A DNA stretch of 64,000 nt. Origin: Candidatus Hydrogenedentota bacterium (lineage in GTDB: Bacteria; Hydrogenedentota; Hydrogenedentia; Hydrogenedentales; SLHB01). The notes beneath the pieces were generated by a model. That model did not search any database. It saw only the letters and a list, made by a program, of their open reading frames with translations, and had not been told where the DNA came from. Position 1 is the first letter of the stretch; each line of letters opens with the position of its first letter. The stretch spans positions 1 through 64,000 of the forward strand of contig BTVY01000028.1 in the NCBI GenBank assembly GCA_045863335.1, in the 5' to 3' direction. Shown one piece after another: positions 37,986 through 48,172 of the stretch. Both the position numbers and the translations under genes were made by a program.

Positions 37986-39767
37986 ATGACCTGTTCGAAG
38001 AATCCTTTTAATGTCTGCATCGCCTTATCGCTGCTGATCGTTGGCGGAGCGACGGCCACTGCACAAGGCACCATCGACGAGGCCATGGACGGACTGGTCA
38101 CGCGCCTTTATGCGACACATTCGCTCGAGCAACTCTACAATCTCAGTCATGAAGAAGTACTCGGCGAATTGACGGAGGAAGAACGCGAAACCTTCGCAAC
38201 CGGGTATTGGGCCTTTGATGTGAACGTCCCAGTCGTGGTGTCCCTCATGCGGCACGTGGACCAGGAAACGGTGCCCTTCTGGATTGAGCAGGCCGGTTTC
38301 AGCAAGACCGGGATGATCGTGAAAAACGCGGAGGACTGGGAGTACGAGGTCTGGCAGAAGGCGTTTCCCGCGGGCCGCGTGGAACTGGGGATCAACGGGT
38401 TCGACAGCTATACGCGTCCCTACTTCGTCGCGGTCGGCGCACAGAATTCGGGCGACACGCTTGAACTCTCAAACTTCTATCCCGCTGATCAGATCGTGCT
38501 GGATATGCAGAAGGGCTCGATGATGTACAAGGACTGGACGGAACTTGTGCTCACGGAAGTGCCGGAATCCCTCGCCGGTCACAAGCTCCTTCCAACGTAC
38601 CGGGGCCGCGCCAAGGAAGCGGGACTCGTCGGCTCCTTCCGCGAGACCCCGTTTCCGTCGACCATCGCGCCGGACCCCGTTTACCTGACCTGGAGCGACG
38701 ACCCGCGCACGACGCAAACCATCCAGTGGCGGACCGATGATGAGACCGAGGCCGGCGTCGTGCGGTATCGCGAAAGAGGAACCGCCGCGTTTCAGGAAGC
38801 CGTTGCCACGTCGGAAATCATGGAAGACCGCATGCTGGCCAACGATCGGTATTGCCGTTTCCACACGGCGGTGCTGACCGACCTGAAACCGGCAACTACG
38901 TACGAATATCAGGCGGGCAGTGCCGCGACGGACGCGTGGAGCGCCTTGACTGAGTTCACAACCGCGCCCAACGGTGCAGCGCCGTTTACCTTCTTCCATT
39001 GCAGCGACACGCACAGCAACGAGGAATGGGGCGCGGTTCTCGCGGATACCGTTGCACGACACCCGGAGGCCGCGTTCACGGTTATCTCCGGCGACTTGGT
39101 CGGGACCGGCATGGAGCGCGAAGACTGGGACATGACGCTCACCTACGGCGAACCCGCGTTCCACGCGCGCCCTGTAATGCCGGTAATCGGCAATCACGAC
39201 GCGCAACTGGGCCTCGGCGCGGGAATGTATCTGGATATTTTCAACCTTCCAGAAAACGGTCCTGCTTCCATCACACCCGAAACGGCCTACACGTTCACGT
39301 ATGGCGATGCCGAGTTCTTCATGTTGAATGTGATGGACGACATCGAGCCGCAGCGTGATTGGCTGAAAGAGCGGTTGGCCGCGAGCGATGCGCGTTGGAA
39401 GATTGCGGTGTTCCATTTTCCGCTGTATGCGCGGGGTGAATCGTACCCGCACCTGCATGAAGCCTGGGGCACCTTGTTCGACCAGTACCACGTCGACCTC
39501 GTGCTCACGGGGCACGTGCACTACTACCTGCGAACGCACCCCATGCGCGCGGGGCAACGCGCGGATTCGACCAACGACGGGACCGTCTACGTTACTTCGG
39601 TGTCCGTGCCAGCCCGTGAGTTCAAAAGCGAGCTGCCCGAGTTCGCCGCGGCGCTCGCGGACGGCGGGCTTCTGTGCAATGTGATTCGGATCGACGGCAA
39701 CCGGCTGACGTTCCGCGCACAGACCAAAGGCGGCGAGGTCAAGGACGAGTTCACGATCGAAAAATAG
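37986..39767 (+). CDS. Purple-acid-phosphatase-type metallophosphoesterase with FN3-like domain
   Basis: Signal peptide; L.DLKPATTYEY, SDTH, GDLV, GNHD, FHFP.Y, GHVH.Y.R. Confidence 0.88.
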   Translation: MTCSKNPFNVCIALSLLIVGGATATAQGTIDEAMDGLVTRLYATHSLEQLYNLSHEEVLGELTEEERETFATGYWAFDVNVPVVVSLMRHVDQETVPFWIEQAGFSKTGMIVKNAEDWEYEVWQKAFPAGRVELGINGFDSYTRPYFVAVGAQNSGDTLELSNFYPADQIVLDMQKGSMMYKDWTELVLTEVPESLAGHKLLPTYRGRAKEAGLVGSFRETPFPSTIAPDPVYLTWSDDPRTTQTIQWRTDDETEAGVVRYRERGTAAFQEAVATSEIMEDRMLANDRYCRFHTAVLTDLKPATTYEYQAGSAATDAWSALTEFTTAPNGAAPFTFFHCSDTHSNEEWGAVLADTVARHPEAAFTVISGDLVGTGMEREDWDMTLTYGEPAFHARPVMPVIGNHDAQLGLGAGMYLDIFNLPENGPASITPETAYTFTYGDAEFFMLNVMDDIEPQRDWLKERLAASDARWKIAVFHFPLYARGESYPHLHEAWGTLFDQYHVDLVLTGHVHYYLRTHPMRAGQRADSTNDGTVYVTSVSVPAREFKSELPEFAAALADGGLLCNVIRIDGNRLTFRAQTKGGEVKDEFTIEK

Positions 39768-39803
39768 CGGCCTCGATTGCGTTGCCGATCGGCGGTCGCG
39801 CAG

Positions 39804-42137
39804 CTATTTCCCGCGAGTGAACGTGTACTCCTCCTCCAGAGCACCGCTCGCGTCCCAGCGTTTGGCGGCGCCCTCGGCGTGGAAGTCGCGCCAGGTGGAT
39901 TCCGACTTGACGGCGCCGTTGGGCCACCACTGCGTCCATGTCGAGGTGCCGTCGGAATCATGATTCCATTGCCATTCGCGGCTGCCGTCGCGCCGGTATA
40001 GCGTCTCCTCCCCCACTTTCACGCCGCAATCGAAGTTCGCTTCGTATTGCACTGCGCCGTCTTCGTAGTAGCGCGTTTCCTTTCCATGCAGCAGGTAACG
40101 CCCGTCATTGCCGATCCCCGCGGACCATTCGATCCGGTTTGGGCCATTCGGATATGTTTCGCTATAGGCGGATACATTGTCGACAGATGTTGCGGAGTTT
40201 TTCATCAGCAGTCCATCATCACTCGGCGTCTCATCGCCGGAAAGAATCCAGGCCTCGTTCATGGCGAGGTGAAGGCACGGCTCATTCATCGTGGTAATGA
40301 GATGGATGACCCCGTTCTGTGCCTGACGCGCAACCGAATACCCGATCGTGTCCGCACCATTGTGTTTCTCGGGCGCCTCATGAGGCTGCGCTCCCGCCAG
40401 CTTCTTCACGCGCCACGTCTCGCCGTCGTCGTCCGAAAGGGCGACGAATGACCCGCGCTGTTCGACGGTATCCGGCGCGGCGCCGTCGATACGCTGAAAA
40501 TCGCCGCAGAAAAACAGTCGTCCACTCTGCAGGCGCAACACCGTGGGTCGCTGGTTTGATCCGTACGCGGGAAACTGCGTCGCGCTGACGTCCCACGTCG
40601 CGCCGCCGTCTTTCGAGATCGATTTCGGCATGTACCCGCTGATGTCGCTGCTCTTCCCGCCCATGCCGAGCAGCCTCATCCCGTCCTTGAGCAACACGAT
40701 GGTCGTATGACGGCCTCCCGTGCGGCCACCGGGATCCTGCCAGGTCTGCAGATTGTCCGCGCTCCGCCACAACACAGACGACGCGCCATCGCCGTCGCTG
40801 GGCAGGTATACCGTCCCCGCCTTGTCGCGCACGACGGTATTGATCGGCTGCCGCGAGTGAGGACCAATCTCCGTGGTGAACTTCGGAAAATGCACCTCGC
40901 TCCACGTCGCGCCGCTGTCGGTCGACTCGATCCAGTTGAAGGGAAATCCGCCGAAAGCGCGCGTGCTGGAGAAGAAGAGCCGCACCGTGCCGCCTTCGGT
41001 CCACAAGAGCGGCGTATTGTCGCACGCGTCCGGCATGTCCACCAGCCGCGAGGGCATGTCCCACTGGTCCGCGCCGAACCGGAGCCGCGTCGCCATCAAG
41101 GACATGCCGGGCTCATATTCTCTCCACGAAGTGAAGGTGACCATAAGCAGATCGCCATTGGGCATGACTTCCACCGCCGGACTGTGGTTGTGCCCGCGGA
41201 ACGACGCATGCAATCCGAGCACGCGCATTTTTCGGATGTGCTTGGCAACGGCGGTGTCATCGAAACCCATCACCGATTCCGGTGGAGACGGTAGCAGGTA
41301 GCGTTTTCGAAAGTATGGTTGATCCGCGGGCGGACCCGCGGCGGCCGCGTCGCCGGTCGACTGTTTGACGCCCAAGCTCACTTCCGGGATCTCGCGGGGG
41401 TATGGATTCGTTTCGGGCAAGGCGCCACGAACGACACGAAAGCCTATCGGATGCTGTCCCGCGCCGGTGCGCGGTTCCGTAGGCCCGAAGGCCGGAGCCA
41501 TGCCGGCCCGATTCGCGGCCCGCTGATAGTGAAACTCTCCCACGCCCGGCTCGGCATACCGCGAATCGTCGTCGATCTTTCCACCGCGAATGACGCGCGC
41601 CATGCCGCCGTCAGGCCCAATGGGATCGGTTTGCGCGGTTTCGGAGTATGCCCCGTGCCAATCGTAGCACCACTCGGGCACATCGTCGCACATCCCTTCC
41701 AAACCCAACTTCCCCGATTCGCCGCCATCCCCGGGGCCGCCGCCGTTCAAACGGCACGCGTACTCCCACTCCGCCTCGGTCGGCAGCCGGTAGGTCTGCC
41801 CTTCCCGATCGCTTAACCACGCACAGAAGGCCGTCGCCTCATACCAGCTCACGCCCGTCGCGGCACCGGACGCGGCCCTGCCGGAATGTTCCGGCCGAAA
41901 CTGCCGGTAGAGTTCGAATGAAACCTCGTTGGTGGACATGTCAAAAGGTTGGGATAATGTGACTTCGTGAACTGGCGATTCGTCCCAATCACCGGCATCC
42001 GATCCCATGGAGAAGGTCCCTGCCGGGATCGTGATGAAGGCCGTATCGGCAATCGCCGGTTCCGCGCCGGATGCGTGATTGAAACCACCCGCTGCCAACC
42101 CGGTCGCCGTCAGCAACGCGAACCACCACTTCCTCAT
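39804..42137 (-). CDS. Secreted FGE-sulfatase domain + BNR/Asp-box sialidase-like propeller + MORN-variant repeats
   Basis: IPAG.F.MGS, YRLPTEAEWEYAC, GFR; Asp-boxes STDSGATW, SKDGGATW, SDDDGETW; C-terminal YYEDG, WWPNG repeats. Confidence 0.8.
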   Translation of the reverse strand: MRKWWFALLTATGLAAGGFNHASGAEPAIADTAFITIPAGTFSMGSDAGDWDESPVHEVTLSQPFDMSTNEVSFELYRQFRPEHSGRAASGAATGVSWYEATAFCAWLSDREGQTYRLPTEAEWEYACRLNGGGPGDGGESGKLGLEGMCDDVPEWCYDWHGAYSETAQTDPIGPDGGMARVIRGGKIDDDSRYAEPGVGEFHYQRAANRAGMAPAFGPTEPRTGAGQHPIGFRVVRGALPETNPYPREIPEVSLGVKQSTGDAAAAGPPADQPYFRKRYLLPSPPESVMGFDDTAVAKHIRKMRVLGLHASFRGHNHSPAVEVMPNGDLLMVTFTSWREYEPGMSLMATRLRFGADQWDMPSRLVDMPDACDNTPLLWTEGGTVRLFFSSTRAFGGFPFNWIESTDSGATWSEVHFPKFTTEIGPHSRQPINTVVRDKAGTVYLPSDGDGASSVLWRSADNLQTWQDPGGRTGGRHTTIVLLKDGMRLLGMGGKSSDISGYMPKSISKDGGATWDVSATQFPAYGSNQRPTVLRLQSGRLFFCGDFQRIDGAAPDTVEQRGSFVALSDDDGETWRVKKLAGAQPHEAPEKHNGADTIGYSVARQAQNGVIHLITTMNEPCLHLAMNEAWILSGDETPSDDGLLMKNSATSVDNVSAYSETYPNGPNRIEWSAGIGNDGRYLLHGKETRYYEDGAVQYEANFDCGVKVGEETLYRRDGSREWQWNHDSDGTSTWTQWWPNGAVKSESTWRDFHAEGAAKRWDASGALEEEYTFTRGK

Positions 42138-42153
42138 GATGCGCCCCTCGCCC

Positions 42154-42882
42154 TCAGTTTGTGTTCTTCCCATTCCAGGCCACGAGCCACCCTGCGATAA
42201 ACGCGCCCTGCTTCTCGCGCACCGGTTCCGGGAAATGCACGTGATCGGCAAACAGGTTCTCGCCAATATTATTGGTAAAGGTGAAGAGGTCGATCATGGG
42301 GACGCCGGCTTCCGTCATGACGCGGTCGGCCACGTCGTTATAAGCCGCGCAATCGGCGGCAAAGCGATGAAAGATGCTGTTAGGATTGTTATGGATACTT
42401 TCGTCCACGGGCGTCGTGCGCACCCACACGACTTTCATGTTCATCCGCTGTGCGGATGCCACGATCTTCTTCAGGTTTTCTTCATACTGGTCGATGGGCA
42501 CCTGTTTCGCGCCGGTCAACGGCTCGGTCTTGATGTCGTGGAGCCCGCAATTAAGGACCAAGATATCCGCGCCGAGCCCCCCCGCCTTTTCCGCCGCTTC
42601 GACGAAGCGCAAGACCATGGACGAGTCGCCGCCGTTCGCTCCACGAGGCTCCGCTAAGCCCACGTTCTTCTCGCTCTCGTCCGCTTTGCGGTCGTAGTCC
42701 ATGAACCCGCGCAAGTATTGCTGAAGATAGGGACCGTATTGGATGGAGATGCTGTCGCCGATAACGTAGACCTTGTTTAACTCCGCCTCCGCGCCGGTGT
42801 CACCTTCCTGTGCGATGGTGCACGGGGATAGGGCACTCCACAACATCGCAATCAGGGCTATCATCAATTTGTGATACCGCAA
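42154..42882 (-). CDS. SGNH/GDSL hydrolase
   Basis: GDSIS, NGGDS, NCGLHD, D.VHF; signal peptide; TTG start after AAGGAGG. Confidence 0.88.
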   Translation of the reverse strand: MRYHKLMIALIAMLWSALSPCTIAQEGDTGAEAELNKVYVIGDSISIQYGPYLQQYLRGFMDYDRKADESEKNVGLAEPRGANGGDSSMVLRFVEAAEKAGGLGADILVLNCGLHDIKTEPLTGAKQVPIDQYEENLKKIVASAQRMNMKVVWVRTTPVDESIHNNPNSIFHRFAADCAAYNDVADRVMTEAGVPMIDLFTFTNNIGENLFADHVHFPEPVREKQGAFIAGWLVAWNGKNTN

Positions 42883-42922
42883 AAGACTCCCTCCTTCTTA
42901 GGTCTAGCGCGCGAAGCGGATA

Positions 42923-42956
42923 CAAAGCGGCCACGCCTCGGCGTGGCCGCACTCCA
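42923..42956. repeat. REP-like palindrome
   Basis: CAAA-GCGGCCACGCC-TC-GGCGTGGCCGC-ACTCCA. Confidence 0.55.
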
Positions 42957-42969
42957 TACGGCGCAGATC

Positions 42970-45300
42970 TCATCTCTCCGGGATCAACCCCTCCGGCCGG
43001 GGCGGGCCATCGTAGGGTTTGGCGCCGTGTTGTTCGCCGGAACTCTTGGGGACGGCGAGCAAATCCTTGTCCTTCACCGTCGGCGCTTCGATGAATCCGT
43101 GGTAGCGCCCCATCCAGTAGTCTTCGAGCCAGCCGATGGGCGGGGTCACACCGCGGCCGCCGCTGCCGCCGTCGTAGCGGATTGCCGATCGGCTTCCCCA
43201 CATAGCCGTGGTTTCGCGGGGCGACATGGCGCGCGTACCTTTACCGTAAGGTACATAACCGGACTCGGGCGCGAGGTCGCGCCGATGCGAATTGTGGTAG
43301 CTGTAGTTCACGCAGTCCAGCGGCCATTCGCGCAGATGCTGCACGGCCTCCTCTTCCTCGCAGTTGTTGCCGGTCAATGCGCCGTAGATGAAGTTGAAAT
43401 ACGGCAGCTTCTGCATCCGCATGACTTCCCAGTGGCGCGTAAGGCTGCGCAGATAGATGGAGCGTAGATACGGATCGTCCGCGTACATCAACAAGGGATA
43501 GTAACAACGAAACGCCAACTCATCGTCCCACGGCACAACGTAATCCGGCGGAAAAGTCAGCTTCTGGCGCACGGTGTACGTGTGGTAACCCCAGTCCATG
43601 AGTTGTTTCAGGCCCTGCGTAAACTTCTCGTCGCCGGTCAACGCGTGGGCGGTGATGACGTAGGTCTGCGCCTCCATGCCATTCAGACCGGCCGCCGATA
43701 TTCCGTACGGTTCCAGGAGATATTCGGGATCCCAGCGGCCCCAACGGGTCGGTTGACCATCCATGTCGCGCAAGACCCACCCGTTGTCCATGATGTGGTT
43801 CGCAATGTTGGCGATGTGCTGTTTCGCGCGATCCTTCTCGGGTCCTTTCGCAACGAGATCGTGGAAGACCGATACGGAATAAATGTGCCCGTTCACCTCG
43901 TCGCTCGACGTATCGCCTTTCCACGTGAACAGACCGTCTTCCGTGGGCCACCATTTTGCCGGAAGGCCGCCGGAACCACGTTCCGAGCGCTTGCCTTTGT
44001 CCGCCGTCTCCGACCAGATCGCGCGCGCGATGAATCCGTCCTTCGGCGTGATGGCGTCCAGCCAGATCATCGCTTCGAAAGCGTCCAGGGCTTCCTCACG
44101 GGCTTCCTTGTCGCCGGTGGCCGCATACTTGAACGACATGGCCGCGAGGTAGTGGGCCGTGTGGCCGCCGTCGTTGTCACTGATCTCGCGGAGCCACTCG
44201 TTCTCCTTGCCGTCCCAGTACAACTTGTGCACGAATCCGAGCCGTTTGAAACCCCACTCGTCCATCATGCGCTCGTAGTAGTCCGCTTTCTTCGCGAGCG
44301 TATAGGGCTCATACCGGATTATGCCGATTCCGCCGTCAGTTGCGATGTAGACCTCGCGATCGCCGACCGCGATATCATGCACGTTGTTGCCGGGCAACCA
44401 GAGATCCGGCCCAAAGTAATGATACTCGTCGCCGACTTTTCGCACGGCGCCCGTGGTGGTACCGATCCATAGATCGCGGTCAAATCCTTGGGCGAGGCAG
44501 GTGGTCTCTTCGGAGGGCAGGCCATCGTCACCAGCGAGCGTGGTCAGCGCCATTCCGCGCAACACCGAGACCCCGCGGTTCGACGTGATGTACATGGCAT
44601 TTCCGAACGCCATCATGTCGCGCAGGTCATCGGTCATGAACATCCCCCAGTCAATGGGTTCAGGCCGGAACACCGCGCCGTCGAGCAAGGCGATGTTGCT
44701 GCCGCGCAGCAGATACAAGGTTCCGCTGTAAGAATCGATGGCATCGATGGGGCCGATCTTCACCGGGTCCGCAAGAACCTGCGAACCGTCCGCCATGATC
44801 ACGGTGCTGTCATTGGACAACCATCCCGTCTCGGGCATGATGTTGACGAACCCGCCATCCTCGTAACGAAACACGTCATCCCTCGTCGCGCCGTGGACCG
44901 CGCCGAGATGCATGCAGAGATCAACAAAGGCCAAATCGGAGACTTGAGTCCACGCCTGCCCATCGAAGCGATACACGCCGGATTCGGCGAGCGCCCACAC
45001 CGCGCCGCCAATCGATTCAAGTTGATTCACCGCGGCAGGCGCGCCGGGCGCCGCGTGGAGCGCGCCGCCATCCACCGCAAAAACCGCCCCCCCTGCAACG
45101 GCAAAAAGCGTACCGCCGGCCTGCGCTAACGCAGTTACCGAAGAATGGGTAGCAATCTTTTCGCCCACCTCCTGTAAGTACACCGAATCCGAAATTGCCT
45201 GCCGTAAAAGCTGCGCTTCGCTTCCATACACGAGATGCGATTGTGCGCAGACTACAACGCAAATCCCGAGGAAGAGCGAAATTCGTACGCGTGAAACCAT
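42970..45300 (-). CDS. Secreted hypothetical protein: beta-propeller repeats plus an (alpha/alpha)-barrel-like C-terminal domain
   Basis: Signal peptide; DGLPS...LWIGT..G repeats; DNDGGHT..YLAA.S, WKGDTSSDE, TRWGRW motifs. Confidence 0.65.
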   Translation of the reverse strand: MVSRVRISLFLGICVVVCAQSHLVYGSEAQLLRQAISDSVYLQEVGEKIATHSSVTALAQAGGTLFAVAGGAVFAVDGGALHAAPGAPAAVNQLESIGGAVWALAESGVYRFDGQAWTQVSDLAFVDLCMHLGAVHGATRDDVFRYEDGGFVNIMPETGWLSNDSTVIMADGSQVLADPVKIGPIDAIDSYSGTLYLLRGSNIALLDGAVFRPEPIDWGMFMTDDLRDMMAFGNAMYITSNRGVSVLRGMALTTLAGDDGLPSEETTCLAQGFDRDLWIGTTTGAVRKVGDEYHYFGPDLWLPGNNVHDIAVGDREVYIATDGGIGIIRYEPYTLAKKADYYERMMDEWGFKRLGFVHKLYWDGKENEWLREISDNDGGHTAHYLAAMSFKYAATGDKEAREEALDAFEAMIWLDAITPKDGFIARAIWSETADKGKRSERGSGGLPAKWWPTEDGLFTWKGDTSSDEVNGHIYSVSVFHDLVAKGPEKDRAKQHIANIANHIMDNGWVLRDMDGQPTRWGRWDPEYLLEPYGISAAGLNGMEAQTYVITAHALTGDEKFTQGLKQLMDWGYHTYTVRQKLTFPPDYVVPWDDELAFRCYYPLLMYADDPYLRSIYLRSLTRHWEVMRMQKLPYFNFIYGALTGNNCEEEEAVQHLREWPLDCVNYSYHNSHRRDLAPESGYVPYGKGTRAMSPRETTAMWGSRSAIRYDGGSGGRGVTPPIGWLEDYWMGRYHGFIEAPTVKDKDLLAVPKSSGEQHGAKPYDGPPRPEGLIPER

Positions 45301-45483
45301 TGGTTTACCCCCTTTCCATCGTCCGAGTTGAACGAAGATGAATGCACCACCCAAAGCCTACCACACACATTTCGCGCATTCCACGGACGGGTGGTCAGTT
45401 CCCCCGTCGAACAGCGGCTTGACAGGCTTCCCGCAATCGCGCAGAATTCCGGTTCATTCTTCTGCCGCAGTCAGGGGGCCGTA

Positions 45484-47235
45484 ATGGACAAGATGACCGG
45501 TGGTGAAGTAATCGCGCGCATGCTGCGCCTCGAAGGCGTGGAAAAGGTGTTCGGAATCATCGACGGCACCTATTTCGGGTTGTATTCGTCCCTGCGGAAG
45601 TACGGGATCGACCTCGTCACCCCGCGCCACGAAACCTGCGCCGCGCACATGGCCGGCGCCTACGCGCGCCTGACGGGCAAGCTCGGCGTCTGCATCGCCA
45701 GCAACGGCCCCGGAGTCGCGAACATCCTTCCGGGCGTGGCCGTCGAGAACGGCGAGGGCAATCGCGTGCTGCTCGTTACCAGCACGCGGCGTGTGGGCAT
45801 CGGCTATCCCGATCGCGGGGGCACCTACCAGTACTTCAACCAGGTTGGCGCGATTAAGCCCATGTCCAAATGGAGCGGCGCAGCGCCCTCGTTCGACCGT
45901 TTGCCGGAACTCATGCGCCGGGCGTTCCGCAAATCCTTCAGCGGGCGCCCCGGCGTCGTACACGTGGACGTTCCCGAAGACATCATGAACGGAAAGAACG
46001 GCGCGGAAGGCTTGCTGGAGCCGGATGCCTATCGGCGGACGGTGCCAATCGCGTCTGACCCCGATCAAGTCCGCGCAGCCGCCGACCTGTTGACCGCGGC
46101 CGAGTTGCCGCTGATTCACGCGGGCAGCGGCGTGATTCACGCGGACGCCTTCGACGAATTGCGGCTCGTGGCGGAGATGCTGCACAGCCCGGTCACGACG
46201 AGTTGGGCAGCACGCGGCGCCTTCCCCGAAAACAACGATCGCGCGATTCCCATGCTCTACGTATCGCTCAACAATCAAGTGCGCAATGATGCGGACGTGG
46301 TGCTCGGTTTGGGGTCGCGATTCGGCGAGACAGACTGGTGGGGCAAGGCACCGAACTGGCGGCCGCCCGCCCAGCAGAAGCTCATTCAGGTCGACGTGGA
46401 TGACGAGATCCTCGGACTGAACAAACCCACCACGCTTGCAATTCTCGGCGACGTGAAGCTCTTTCTGAAGGCTCTCGTTCCACTGTTGGCCGAACGAAAG
46501 CACAAGATGAAGTTCGACCATCGCCGCGGCCTCGTTCAGCGGTACCTGACGGAACGGCGAAACCAGCGCCAGAAACTCGATCGCTCGTTAAGCGAAGAGG
46601 GGCCGCTAATGAACACGGCCCACGTGGCGCGCACCTGCGAGAAGTTCTTCGAGGATGACGCGCTTTGCGTCATCGACGGGGGCAACACCGCCATCTGGGC
46701 CCACTTCTTCCGCGAGGTCAAACATCCGAACACCATTCTGCAAACTGCAAAGTTCGGCATGCTGGGCGCGGGCATCGCGCAAGCCTTGGGCGCGAAGGTC
46801 GCCTCCCCCAACCGGCAGGTCTACTGCATCATCGGCGACGGAGCCATGGGGTTTCATCCCCAAGAAATCGAAACAGCTGTGCGCAACGACCTGCGCGTCG
46901 TCTATCTTGTGTGCTGTGATAAACAGTGGGGCATGGTCAAGATGAACCAGCAGTTCGCGCTGCGGCCCATCAAAACCATGTTCGCCAAGTCGCTCGGGCC
47001 GGACGAGACCATCAACGCGGACCTCGGCGAGATTCAATGGGACAAGCTCGCGGAGAGCATGGGCGCTCATGGGGAACGCGTGTCGCAACCGGAAGAGCTT
47101 CGGGCCGCGTTGCAACGGGCGCAGGATTCGGGCCGATGCGCCGTGATCCATGTCGATGTCGATCCGGTCAAGCACATGTGGGCGCCAAACCTGCTCGACT
47201 TTAAAAAAATGCACCAGGAACCCAAGGGGAAGTAA
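45484..47235 (+). CDS. Thiamine pyrophosphate-dependent enzyme (acetolactate-synthase-like superfamily)
   Basis: MTGGE, RHE..AAHMA..YARLTG, GPG..N, GRPGVVH..VPED, GDGAMGF TPP motif. Confidence 0.9.
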   Translation: MDKMTGGEVIARMLRLEGVEKVFGIIDGTYFGLYSSLRKYGIDLVTPRHETCAAHMAGAYARLTGKLGVCIASNGPGVANILPGVAVENGEGNRVLLVTSTRRVGIGYPDRGGTYQYFNQVGAIKPMSKWSGAAPSFDRLPELMRRAFRKSFSGRPGVVHVDVPEDIMNGKNGAEGLLEPDAYRRTVPIASDPDQVRAAADLLTAAELPLIHAGSGVIHADAFDELRLVAEMLHSPVTTSWAARGAFPENNDRAIPMLYVSLNNQVRNDADVVLGLGSRFGETDWWGKAPNWRPPAQQKLIQVDVDDEILGLNKPTTLAILGDVKLFLKALVPLLAERKHKMKFDHRRGLVQRYLTERRNQRQKLDRSLSEEGPLMNTAHVARTCEKFFEDDALCVIDGGNTAIWAHFFREVKHPNTILQTAKFGMLGAGIAQALGAKVASPNRQVYCIIGDGAMGFHPQEIETAVRNDLRVVYLVCCDKQWGMVKMNQQFALRPIKTMFAKSLGPDETINADLGEIQWDKLAESMGAHGERVSQPEELRAALQRAQDSGRCAVIHVDVDPVKHMWAPNLLDFKKMHQEPKGK

Positions 47236-47254
47236 GCACGTCCGATGTTTGACC

Positions 47255-48172
47255 ATGCCTATTGACGACGTTCGCCTGAACTTCGATCCCGGAAACGTGT
47301 GGCTGGTCAATCTGGTCCTCGCCATCATCATGTTCGGCGTAGCGCTGGACTTGAAGGTCGACGACTTTCGCCGTGTGTTGCATGCACCGAAAGCGCCGCT
47401 GATGGGCCTGATCGCCCAGTTCCTTCTTTTTCCCGCGCTCACGTTTCTGCTGACACTGGCATTGCGCCCCGCGCCGAGCATCGCCTTGGGGATGATACTC
47501 ATCGCCGCGTGCCCCGGCGGCAACATGTCGAACTTCGTAACCCATATGGCGCGCGGTAATACGGCTCTGTCCGTCAGCATGACAGCGATTTCTTCGATCG
47601 TCGCGATCGTCATGACGCCCGTTAATCTCACCTTATGGGGCAGCCTGAATCCTGCCACGGCGGTCCTGCTCCATCGCATCCGGTTAAACCCCGTTGACGT
47701 ATTGATCACCGTGCTGTTCATACTCGGCTTACCGCTGGTCGCGGGGGTCACCGTGGCGCGCCAGTTCCCGCGATGGGCCGAAATCCTGCACCGGCCCTTC
47801 AAGTATCTCTCCGTCGCATTTCTTCTGGGAATCATCGCCGTGGCCTTCGCCGGGAACTATGGCGTATTTCTTTCCAACGCGGGAGTCGTGCTCGCCGCCG
47901 TCGTTCCCCACAATGCCGTCGCATTGCTGTGCGGATTCGTCATGGGTCGCGCGATGCGTCTCCCCAACCGTGACGTCCGCGCGTTGACCGTGGAAGTCGG
48001 CATCCAGAACTCGGCGCTTGGACTCACCCTCATCTTTGCATTCTTCCCTCATCTTGGCGGCATGGCACTGGTGGCCGGCGGTTGGGGAATCTGGCATATC
48101 GCCGCAGGCCTGACCCTGGCAACCGTGTGGTCCCGGTTCGCGCCTCCCGCAGACGCACCGGAGGTCGCATGA
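47255..48172 (+). CDS. Bile acid:sodium symporter (BASS) family transporter
   Basis: IMFGVAL.L, AQF.L.P, CPGGNMSN...ARGN.ALSV.MT, EVGIQNS. Confidence 0.92.
   Translation: MPIDDVRLNFDPGNVWLVNLVLAIIMFGVALDLKVDDFRRVLHAPKAPLMGLIAQFLLFPALTFLLTLALRPAPSIALGMILIAACPGGNMSNFVTHMARGNTALSVSMTAISSIVAIVMTPVNLTLWGSLNPATAVLLHRIRLNPVDVLITVLFILGLPLVAGVTVARQFPRWAEILHRPFKYLSVAFLLGIIAVAFAGNYGVFLSNAGVVLAAVVPHNAVALLCGFVMGRAMRLPNRDVRALTVEVGIQNSALGLTLIFAFFPHLGGMALVAGGWGIWHIAAGLTLATVWSRFAPPADAPEVA

Noticed and set aside
45484-47235. Calling the TPP enzyme ilvB because ilvC is nearby
   Set aside because: It is about 6 kb from ilvC, on the opposite strand, lacks a regulatory subunit gene and has atypical motifs.
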